A stretch of DNA of 64,000 bases from NCBI GenBank assembly GCA_017882305.1, contig JADGPU010000002.1:1022-65021 (forward strand), written 5' to 3'. This document shows, piece after piece, positions 26,272-34,670 of this stretch. Source of the stretch: Bacteroidales bacterium (GTDB lineage Bacteria; Bacteroidota; Bacteroidia; Bacteroidales; VadinHA17). Position numbers and translations under genes: made by a program. A model generated the notes under the pieces. The model was given only the letters and a program-made list of their open reading frames with translations, did no database searches and was not told where the DNA came from. Position 1 is the first letter of the stretch, and every line of letters starts with the position of its first letter.

Positions 26272-28137
26272 ATGAAGAATAATGTCAATAAAACTGATAA
26301 CGGGCAAACACCCTATGAAACTGCCAGAAACTGTCGCCATTATGCTATGTGCAAAATAGATTTCCTGGGCAGTGGTGTATGCGATTCAGGCCTGGAAAAA
26401 CATTTCGTAAGCTACTATCCCCAGGGAAGAATGATACTTTATGAAGCTCTTGTAGAAAATAAAATTCCGATAACTGAAAAATGTGTCGAGATTGCAGATA
26501 GTTGTGATTTATGTGGTAAATGCGATTACCAATGTTACTTTCTTAATGAAATGAGGCCTACAAAAGTTATGGAGGCATTGAAGAATCATGTTGAGACTTT
26601 CATTAAAGAAGGTGGTAAGATTAAACCTCCAAAAGAAGACAGAATGCTCACAGAAATCAAAATAATTGTAGGTGAAAACTGGGCAACGAATGATGAGGCA
26701 ATTACGATAACTTATTCTCACGACCTTAGTTCTATTTCTGACCCCAAAATTCCTGATTATGTGGTAATGCCAGATACTAAGGAAGAAATTTCATCTCTGG
26801 TTAAACTATTTAACAAGAATAATATCACTTATACCATTCGTGGCAATGGTCAGAATCTTCTCGGATTTGCTATAAATGAAGGCGTGATTATTGATCTTAA
26901 CAGGATGAAAACAATTGAATTTGATGAGAAGAACTGGCTTGTAAAAGTAGGCCCGGGAGTTGCAGCATTTGATCTTCAGAAACAAGCTCAGAAAAGAGGG
27001 TTCAGAATAAATGCAGCTGAGCCCGCAGCTCTTGTTTGTGCCAATATTATGTGCTCAGGAATAATGTCAACTTTTTCTACAACTTATGGGATAAATGCCG
27101 ATAATATTATTGATGCAGAATTTGTTAATAAGGAGGGTTCTATTTTTAGTTTAAATGATATCTCTTCTCCAAATCTTTATTCATACAAAAACCTGGAACA
27201 TAAAAATTCTCCGGGTATTTGTATATCAGCCAGCATTAAACTTCATCCTGTTACAGATGATGAAAGTGGTATTCTCGTGCCATTTCAAACTCTTGAAAAT
27301 GCACTTGATTTTATTAAGGATTGTGCCATTAGGCATATTGGTCTTGCTTTAGGTATTGTCGGTACTGAATATATATCTGTATTTCTTTCCCCTACAAAAA
27401 AAATGGCATCTGAAATAAAAAGTATATTCGTTGATAAATTAAACATACACTGGCTTGTTGTAGTAATCGGAGATAAATATGCAATCCGCACTATCGGTGA
27501 AATGGGATTTCCTTTCTTTGATCAGAACCTGTTTAACTCACTTTATCTTGGATTACCATCTCTAAAAAAAGCACAATGGCTCGATCTGGTAAAAGAGCTT
27601 TCTGATGATGAACCTTATTCCTATTTAAAAATTAAAAGTTTCGCTGAACTTTTTGAAACTGCACTTTCACCTTCTCCGGCTTTATATTCACAGGAAATCG
27701 ATAAGGAACTCCGGCCATTTTTTGAAAAGCTTTTCTCCCGGCAGGAAATGACAGATCTTGTCTGGTTAAATATGTACCGGATAATGAGTACACGTCTGGG
27801 TCGCAAAAAACCTTTTTTACCGGCACTCATGTATTTGCCTATAGATAACATATTGATTAATGAACTATCTGACAAATTCAGACTTATAGCTGAGAAGCAT
27901 CAGATTGACCATGATTTTGGTTTTATCACTCCAATCGATAATGGGAAAAGATGCATTTTTGAATATGATTTCTTTTACGATTATAATGATCCGGATGACA
28001 TACAAAGAATAAGAAAGGTAGCAACTGAAGCAAATATGTTAATTGATGATTATTCAGTTAAAACCGGTAAAGTAAAAGGACATCCTTACGTTTTGTATCA
28101 GGGATTCTGCCGGAAAGAGAATTTACTCTATTCATAA
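26272..28137 (+). CDS. Fe-S (GlcF-like Cys motifs) + FAD-binding PCMH-type (FAD_binding_4-like) oxidoreductase
   Basis: 621-aa ORF. The N-terminus has CRHYAMC..GVC, PQGRMILYEAL and CDLCGKCDYQC (CxxCxxCxxxC). The central part reads DYVVMPDTKEEISSLVKLF...IRGNGQNLLGF...VIIDLNRMK...VGPGV...YGINADNIIDAEFVNKEGSIF, which follows the FAD_binding_4 pattern with a divergent Gly loop. Confidence 0.65.
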   Translation: MKNNVNKTDNGQTPYETARNCRHYAMCKIDFLGSGVCDSGLEKHFVSYYPQGRMILYEALVENKIPITEKCVEIADSCDLCGKCDYQCYFLNEMRPTKVMEALKNHVETFIKEGGKIKPPKEDRMLTEIKIIVGENWATNDEAITITYSHDLSSISDPKIPDYVVMPDTKEEISSLVKLFNKNNITYTIRGNGQNLLGFAINEGVIIDLNRMKTIEFDEKNWLVKVGPGVAAFDLQKQAQKRGFRINAAEPAALVCANIMCSGIMSTFSTTYGINADNIIDAEFVNKEGSIFSLNDISSPNLYSYKNLEHKNSPGICISASIKLHPVTDDESGILVPFQTLENALDFIKDCAIRHIGLALGIVGTEYISVFLSPTKKMASEIKSIFVDKLNIHWLVVVIGDKYAIRTIGEMGFPFFDQNLFNSLYLGLPSLKKAQWLDLVKELSDDEPYSYLKIKSFAELFETALSPSPALYSQEIDKELRPFFEKLFSRQEMTDLVWLNMYRIMSTRLGRKKPFLPALMYLPIDNILINELSDKFRLIAEKHQIDHDFGFITPIDNGKRCIFEYDFFYDYNDPDDIQRIRKVATEANMLIDDYSVKTGKVKGHPYVLYQGFCRKENLLYS

Positions 28138-28153
28138 ATCTAAACTTCCGGGT

Positions 28154-29329
28154 ATGGCTGATAAAAGCAAACCAACAATAGCCCTGACCGGAGCAACTGG
28201 TTTTCTGGGCAGCCACCTGATGTCTTCTATGCTTTTAAAAGGATATACGGTTATAGTTCTCGGCCGTTCGACCAAAGAAGAGCCTTTGTATGAAAGAATC
28301 TCCAGACTTTTAAGATGGTTCGGAATTGAAAACCGCTTAAATCAGGTAACCTGCGTCGATACCGATTTATCGCAAGATAATTTAGGAATAGAAAATGAAG
28401 AGTATTCCAGGCTTTGTTCAGTTGTAGGTTCTTTCATTCATTGCGCGTCGGATACAAGCTTTTCTGAAAGCAAACGCGATAAGGTAATGGCTGCAAATAT
28501 AAATAATCTGAAAGGAATCCTGGAATTCTCCAGGTATGCAAGGGTTAATTTTTTCCATTACATAAGCACTGCGTATGTTGCCGGGTTAAGTGAAAATGTT
28601 TGTAAAGAAAATCTTCCTGTAACAAATTCTTTCACAAATGTATATGAAGAGAGTAAAGCCGGAGCTGAAAATATTATTGCACAATATTGCGATAAGAATT
28701 CTATTAATCTTTCAATCATAAGACCATCCATTGTTTACGGAGATTCTCAAAACGGACGGTCTCTTAAATTTAATGCATTGTATTTCCCGATTCGATCTGT
28801 TCAAAGCATCAGGGATATCTACCTGAATGACCTGAAAAATAATGGAGGTAAAAAGGCACTCAAAAACGGCATTTACATTGACAAAGAAGGATATCTGTTC
28901 TTACCGCTCAAAATCTATCTGCCTAAGGAAGGAGATTTAAATATTATTCCTGTGGATTATTTTGTAAACGCAACTATTAAAATAATTGAGAATTGTTTCC
29001 CTGGTGGAATTTTTCATCTTACAAACAATTCTCCTACAAGAATGACCACTCTTGTAAAGTATTATGAACAACTTATGAAAGTAAGAGGGGTGGAAATTAT
29101 TTATGGTAAATCAGCAGACAATTTATCAAGGAATCCCTCTGAAGAACTGTTTGATCGTTTTATTGAACCTTACCGTCCATATTTATCCGACAATAGAATT
29201 TTTGACAGAACAAATACTGATCTTGTAACAGGTAATCTGAATCCCCCGGAATTTACTTATGAAATATTTAAAAAATGCATGGAATATGCCATCAGGGTAA
29301 ACTGGGGAGCTTCGATTTTTGATAATTAA
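28154..29329 (+). CDS. extended SDR of the thioester-reductase / fatty acyl reductase type (NAD_binding_4-like)
   Basis: 391-aa ORF with LTGATGFLGSHL, VLGRS...RI, a DLS...LGI motif, FIHCASD, YISTAYV and YEESKAGAE (YxxxK), then IRPSIVYG. This is the pattern of terminal reductase domains and acyl-CoA reductases. Confidence 0.75.
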   Translation: MADKSKPTIALTGATGFLGSHLMSSMLLKGYTVIVLGRSTKEEPLYERISRLLRWFGIENRLNQVTCVDTDLSQDNLGIENEEYSRLCSVVGSFIHCASDTSFSESKRDKVMAANINNLKGILEFSRYARVNFFHYISTAYVAGLSENVCKENLPVTNSFTNVYEESKAGAENIIAQYCDKNSINLSIIRPSIVYGDSQNGRSLKFNALYFPIRSVQSIRDIYLNDLKNNGGKKALKNGIYIDKEGYLFLPLKIYLPKEGDLNIIPVDYFVNATIKIIENCFPGGIFHLTNNSPTRMTTLVKYYEQLMKVRGVEIIYGKSADNLSRNPSEELFDRFIEPYRPYLSDNRIFDRTNTDLVTGNLNPPEFTYEIFKKCMEYAIRVNWGASIFDN

Positions 29330-29371
29330 ATACTGAGACTAATACGTCGGGATTTTTTAAAAAAACTAATT

Positions 29372-30907
29372 ATGGCTAAGGTATTACTCATTAACTCAAA
29401 TAGATTCAAACACCCCTGGCCTGTCATACCTTTCGGGCTCTGTTACATAGCAACTGCCCTTGAAACAAACGGAAATCACACAGTCCGTTTTCTCGATTTA
29501 TGCTTTTCTTCAGATTGCGAACTTGATATTCAGAATTCAGTGCGGAATTTTGTCCCTGATGTAATTGGTATTAGTATAAGGAACATTGATGATACGGGAG
29601 GCTTTAATGTCCATTTTTTGTTAGAAGATGTCAAGAATGATGTCATTGATTATTGTAAGAAAGAATTCCAGGGTCCTATAGTTATAGGAGGTCCTTCGGT
29701 AGGGATCAGCGGCAAAGAGATGCTTGATTATTTTGACCTGGAATATGCAATTCGGGGCGATGGTGAAGCTGTAATGCCCGAATTTGTAAAACGTATTGAA
29801 AATCAACAACCTCTGGAAGGATTAAGAGGTTTGATTATCCGCCGAGAAAAGACAATTATTCAGGATAATGAACCATTCCGTGTTCAGGACTTAGACTCGC
29901 TACCTTTCCCTAAACCACTTCGATATATGGATCTTAACCAGTATCGCCGTTTTGGGTCTCCTGTCCACATACAGACAAAACGAGGCTGTGCCTTCAGGTG
30001 TTCTTATTGTACTTACAATAAAATTGAGGGTAATCAGTACCGCTTAAGGAATCCTAAACTTATTGCCGATGAAATTGAAATTCTTGTTAAGGAAACGGGT
30101 ATCAATCAACTTGAATTTACTGACAGCATTTTTAATATGCCCCTCGCTCATACAAAAGAAGTTTTAAGGGAAGTTATAAGTAAAAAACTTGATCTCAGAG
30201 TGCATACCATGGGCCTTTCCCCTGCGGCAGTTGATGAAGAACTTCTTGATCTGATGAAAAGTGCCGGTTTTAATGAAGTGGATATCGGTGCCGAGTCTGC
30301 ATGTGACGAAGTACTTGAAAGTCTGGCCAAAGACTTTAAACGTTCAGATGTTATAAAAACAGCGGATCTTTTAAGAAGGAAAAAGATTCCTGTAACCTGG
30401 TTCATAATGCTTGGCGCCCTTAAAGAAACAAGAGAAACTGTGCTTGAAACTCTGAATACTATTGGCAAGGTTGCTTCAAAATGGGATTTGGTTTTTGTCT
30501 CAACAGGAGTTCGGGTATATAAAGGGGCTCCTATAGCTGATGAAATCATGAAAAATTATATACACTGTACAAGTGATAACTTTTTGCACCCTGTAAAAAT
30601 TGAACCGGAGAAAATAAGTTTAGAGGATATCCATTCAATTGCGACAGACTTCTCCTTTAGATTCCCCAACTTTTATTTTTATGAAAAAGAACATATAATT
30701 CCCGGATGGCTTCTAGTAACAGCTAATTATTTACTAAAGGCGTTCCACTCCCATCAACCGGTCTGGCGATTACTCATACTTTTAAAAAGGACTGAACGGT
30801 TTCTGGCTATTACTTTAATAAGAAAATGGATATACACATTAAAAATGAGATCATTTGATAAGAACAATCGGATAACAAATGGATTTTCTCTTATCATACA
30901 CAAATAG
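29372..30907 (+). CDS. B12-binding-domain radical SAM protein (class B)
   Basis: 511-aa ORF. The N-terminal ~140 aa resemble a B12-binding Rossmann-like domain (VLLINSN...GLCYIATALE...VIGISIRN). The radical SAM cluster motif is CAFRCSYCTY (CxxxCxxC). The C-terminus is hydrophobic/amphipathic (IPGWLLVTANYLLKAF...WRLLILL). Confidence 0.85.
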   Translation: MAKVLLINSNRFKHPWPVIPFGLCYIATALETNGNHTVRFLDLCFSSDCELDIQNSVRNFVPDVIGISIRNIDDTGGFNVHFLLEDVKNDVIDYCKKEFQGPIVIGGPSVGISGKEMLDYFDLEYAIRGDGEAVMPEFVKRIENQQPLEGLRGLIIRREKTIIQDNEPFRVQDLDSLPFPKPLRYMDLNQYRRFGSPVHIQTKRGCAFRCSYCTYNKIEGNQYRLRNPKLIADEIEILVKETGINQLEFTDSIFNMPLAHTKEVLREVISKKLDLRVHTMGLSPAAVDEELLDLMKSAGFNEVDIGAESACDEVLESLAKDFKRSDVIKTADLLRRKKIPVTWFIMLGALKETRETVLETLNTIGKVASKWDLVFVSTGVRVYKGAPIADEIMKNYIHCTSDNFLHPVKIEPEKISLEDIHSIATDFSFRFPNFYFYEKEHIIPGWLLVTANYLLKAFHSHQPVWRLLILLKRTERFLAITLIRKWIYTLKMRSFDKNNRITNGFSLIIHK

Positions 30908-30930
30908 ATAATATGTGAAAACTTAGTAAA

Positions 30931-31758
30931 ATGCAGAAAATTTCTGAAGAAATATACAGCCGAATAGATAACAACATTTACAACCTGGAAGGAGACAGGT
31001 GGTGGCAGACTGATTTCTCACTCAATCTGATAAGAACATTAATTAATCCATTCCGGGTTGGTTATGCAAAAAAGATAATTGAACAAATTAGTAAAATTGA
31101 TTCAGAGAAAATAAGTGTGCTTGAAGTGGGTTGTGGCGGAGGAATATTATCTGAAGAGATTGCTAAAATTGGATACATAACCACTGGTATTGACCCATCA
31201 GAGTCATCATTGAATACAGCTATTGAACACGCGAAGGAGAACAATCTAAAGATAAAATATGGGAAAGGGATCGGTGAGAATCTGCCATTTCAACCCGATT
31301 CTTTCAACGTAGTACTTTGTTGCGATGTATTGGAACATGTGCACGATTTGCCGAAAGTAATTTCAGAGATTTCACGTGTATTGAAAAACGGAGGTGTATT
31401 CATATATGACACCTTTAATCGCACATATTTCAGCAAAATAAGTGCCATCAGAATTTTACAGGAATGGAAGCGATGGGCCATAATGCCCCCGAATCTTCAT
31501 GTTTGGGAAATGTTCATCAGACCTGATGAGATGATATCTTTACTACGCGAAAATCAATTGGAATGGAAAGAACACCGTGGAATTAAACCAAATATTTCAT
31601 ATTTGAAAATGCTTCGTTATCTTCATAAAAGAGCTATCGGAGAATTGACTTATGAAGAATTTGGTAATAAATTTCATATGGTTGAAAGCAGTAGTACTCA
31701 AATTATGTATATGGGATATGCTGTCAAATCATTTTCCCTTCACCTGCAAAAAAATTAA
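30931..31758 (+). CDS. class I SAM-dependent methyltransferase, UbiG-like
   Basis: 275-aa ORF. RWWQTDFSLNLIRTLINPFRVGY resembles the UbiG N-terminal block. SAM motif I is VLEVGCGGGILSE, followed by CCDVLEHV. Confidence 0.75.
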   Translation: MQKISEEIYSRIDNNIYNLEGDRWWQTDFSLNLIRTLINPFRVGYAKKIIEQISKIDSEKISVLEVGCGGGILSEEIAKIGYITTGIDPSESSLNTAIEHAKENNLKIKYGKGIGENLPFQPDSFNVVLCCDVLEHVHDLPKVISEISRVLKNGGVFIYDTFNRTYFSKISAIRILQEWKRWAIMPPNLHVWEMFIRPDEMISLLRENQLEWKEHRGIKPNISYLKMLRYLHKRAIGELTYEEFGNKFHMVESSSTQIMYMGYAVKSFSLHLQKN

Positions 31759-33033
31759 AATAACACCCGCAAGGGTCATAAGGACTAATGCGGCAAAACC
31801 AAGAATATTAGATATTTTCCCGTTTATGTTTTTACCCATTATTTTTTTATTGTTTGAAATATGTAGAATTATTGCGATTAGAACAGGGGCAGTCAGACCA
31901 TAGAGAATGGCAGAATAAATCAGTGCTTTAATCGGTGAAATGCCAATGTAATTCAAAGATAGGCCCAGGATCAACGAAATGGCAATAATGAGATAAAATG
32001 CTTTTGCTTTTTGAAATTTTTTATCTAATCCTTCTTTCCAACCAAATGATTCGGTGACTATGTAAGAAAGTGAACCACTCAAAACAGGAATAGCTAATAG
32101 TCCGGTGCCTATAACTCCTAAAGCAAAAAGTAAATATGCTGCGTTCCCTGCCAATGGTTTCAACGCCTGAGCTGCTTGTTCTACTGTGTCAATCTGATGA
32201 ATGTTTCCATTAAATAAAACCGACCCTGTTGTCAGAATAATAAAGAACATAACAAGATTTGAAAATAACATTCCAAAATCGACATCTTTCCGCATTTCGT
32301 TTATTATTCTTTTATTCACAATTAAATTCTTTTTCTTTCCCTTTTTGTCTTCCACTTCCATTGTTGCCTGCCAGAAGAACAGATAGGGTGAAATGGTCGT
32401 TCCCAGAATTGCAACTAGAATGCTGAGAAAGTCCTTATCAAACCTTATTTTTGGAATAAAGGTGGCTTTTAGTACCGCGACCCAATCTTGTTTGTATAAA
32501 AACGGAACTATCACATAAACCAAAAGAATGAGACAGAGATATTTTAGAACAGTGGCAATTTTTTGATAAGGCAAATAAATAATTAATAGTAAAAGCACTA
32601 GGGTAAATCCTATGCTGAAATAAGTTGCTTTTATTGAAGGGAACAATAGATTTCCTACAGCCCCCATCCCGGCAATGTCAGCTCCTATATTCATTACAAT
32701 AGCAGGAAAACTAAATAGCAACATCAAATATAAAACAGGTTTTGAATAATTAGTTTTAAGGGTTCCTGCTAATCCATGCGACGTAACCAGACCTATTCTA
32801 GCACACATTTCCTGAATTGAAGCCATGAGTGGGAATGTAATAAGTGCTGTCCAGAGAGTTGATAGTCCGTATGCAGCGCCAGCTTGTGAATAGGTTGCAA
32901 TTCCTGAAGGGTCATCATCACTTGCACCTGTTACAAGACCGGGGCCGAGTATTTTCCAAAAACGAAAAAGTTTCGATGACTTTTTATCATCGTGCTGACT
33001 TTTATTATCTAAAGGAGTCTTCATTATATCCAC
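31729..33033 (-). CDS. NRAMP (SLC11)-family cation transporter, non-canonical binding-site motifs
   Basis: 434-aa polytopic membrane ORF. The TM1 block is GPGLVTGASDDDPSGIATYSQAGAAYG, with DPSG where canonical MntH has DPGN. The TM6 region reads TTISPYLFFWQ instead of the MPH block. Confidence 0.8.
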   Translation of the reverse strand: MDIMKTPLDNKSQHDDKKSSKLFRFWKILGPGLVTGASDDDPSGIATYSQAGAAYGLSTLWTALITFPLMASIQEMCARIGLVTSHGLAGTLKTNYSKPVLYLMLLFSFPAIVMNIGADIAGMGAVGNLLFPSIKATYFSIGFTLVLLLLIIYLPYQKIATVLKYLCLILLVYVIVPFLYKQDWVAVLKATFIPKIRFDKDFLSILVAILGTTISPYLFFWQATMEVEDKKGKKKNLIVNKRIINEMRKDVDFGMLFSNLVMFFIILTTGSVLFNGNIHQIDTVEQAAQALKPLAGNAAYLLFALGVIGTGLLAIPVLSGSLSYIVTESFGWKEGLDKKFQKAKAFYLIIAISLILGLSLNYIGISPIKALIYSAILYGLTAPVLIAIILHISNNKKIMGKNINGKISNILGFAALVLMTLAGVILIFLQVKGK

Positions 33034-33081
33034 AAATTAAAATAGTAAAACATTGTTCCTGATTAAACTGTCAGATGCAGG

Positions 33082-34623
33082 TCAATGATCTCTAAGATCC
33101 TTTAACCGATTGGTCCAGAATTCATTAAAACTTGTCTTTGGATACTCACACAGATAAACAGCAGTCCCAAATTCCCTGGCATCAGGATTTGATATCTTAC
33201 CAATGAGGGTAATTTTATTAAACAATCTCTGTATATCTTCGCCCAATTCACCATTTATATAAATAAATGATTTAATATCCGGGTCAAATTTCCGGGGAAT
33301 CCAATACCTGAAACTTTCACTGAAGCAGACAGCTTCAGGAAGGCCATATTTTTTTCCGATAACAGTAATTGCACCTGCGTGTCCGTAATTTTCGCAATAG
33401 ATAAAGCTTGCTTTTTTATCTCCGATCATCTTATATGCCTTGTTCGCAATAGAAGTTAACTCCTCCCACCCCAGCATATCGGCATAATCCTGTGGTAATG
33501 AATGTATCGATCCGTCTTCAAACTTTCTTCCAATAACTATCCCGTATTTCAATTCAAGGTTTCTGAAATAGGTAACCAGCCCTTTTGCCTTATAAACCGG
33601 TAACCCGATTGGAAGCATAGGAATAGTTAACAGAATCAGCAAAAAAGGCAACGCGATCTTCATCCAACGCTTTTTTAACCATTTTTCATACGAAACAGCT
33701 CCGGCTGCAATTAGAAATGGGAATACTCCAATAGTATAGTAGCCTTTCCCATGCAAGATGAAGAGGATAACAATTAACAGAATCGAAGCAAATCCCAGAA
33801 ACCTGTATTTCTCTGCACTTTTATTGATAAGAAGATAGAGCAATCCGGCTATTGTCAGTACTGATGCAAAGGATGGCATTATTAACTGATCTGCTAAGAA
33901 AGCCAGTCTGTCAACATGAATAAGCTGTGTTCTCTCAAGCTCTGAAAGATGACCAAATACAGGTAACCCATGAACAAATTGCCAGATCAGGTTCGGGAGA
34001 AATATTATCATCCCGCCAAGAATACCGAACCAGAAATTTCTGTTTTTAAAAACTTTCCTGTTTTGGCCAAATGGAATGACAATTACCAGACTTAAAAATA
34101 ATATCCCGATCAAGTACTTATTCAACAGCGACAGACCTGCAATAATGCCAAGTAAGACAAGGTATTTACCTGATGAAGTATTTAGGTATCTGATTACCAG
34201 GTAAATGATAATTGTCCAGAATATGACATCTATATAAACAGGCATAAATAATGAAAATGTCCTGAGAACAAAACCGGAAATTATAATTCCAATCCCTGCA
34301 AGAATCCTGGAATATGAAGTACCTCCAAGTTCCTCTGCAATAGCTGCTGCTAATATTACCAAAATCCCGCTCAGAATTGCAGGAAGCAGACGGACTGCAA
34401 ATAATGAATATCCGAAAATATTTTGTATCAGCCAGGCAATCCATCCAATCATCGGGGGAACTGTTGCATACCCGAAATCAGGATGCTGCCCTAACGAAAA
34501 ATAGAGAAGTTCATCCCGGTGATATTCGAGGTTATTGATTACAAGGAGATGAATTGCCACATTGAACAGGGCCAGCAAAATAATTATAAGGTTTTGGGGT
34601 GTCTTTCCGGCAAAAGATTTCAT
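33082..34623 (-). CDS. GT-C fold glycosyltransferase, family 39 / ArnT-like
   Basis: 513-aa ORF with ~10 or more hydrophobic helices. It has an N-terminal loop with HRDELLYF (a DE motif) and a soluble C-terminal domain, typical of GT39/ArnT-type lipid-linked sugar transferases. Confidence 0.7.
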   Translation of the reverse strand: MKSFAGKTPQNLIIILLALFNVAIHLLVINNLEYHRDELLYFSLGQHPDFGYATVPPMIGWIAWLIQNIFGYSLFAVRLLPAILSGILVILAAAIAEELGGTSYSRILAGIGIIISGFVLRTFSLFMPVYIDVIFWTIIIYLVIRYLNTSSGKYLVLLGIIAGLSLLNKYLIGILFLSLVIVIPFGQNRKVFKNRNFWFGILGGMIIFLPNLIWQFVHGLPVFGHLSELERTQLIHVDRLAFLADQLIMPSFASVLTIAGLLYLLINKSAEKYRFLGFASILLIVILFILHGKGYYTIGVFPFLIAAGAVSYEKWLKKRWMKIALPFLLILLTIPMLPIGLPVYKAKGLVTYFRNLELKYGIVIGRKFEDGSIHSLPQDYADMLGWEELTSIANKAYKMIGDKKASFIYCENYGHAGAITVIGKKYGLPEAVCFSESFRYWIPRKFDPDIKSFIYINGELGEDIQRLFNKITLIGKISNPDAREFGTAVYLCEYPKTSFNEFWTNRLKDLRDH

Positions 34624-34670
34624 TTCATTTTATTATTCTTAAATAATTCTAATAATTACCTTTTTGTCAT

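Noticed and set aside
30148-30549. 133-aa minus-strand ORF inside the radical SAM gene.
   Set aside because: It is an antisense shadow ORF with Ser/Thr-rich low-complexity sequence. The plus-strand gene carries clear family motifs.
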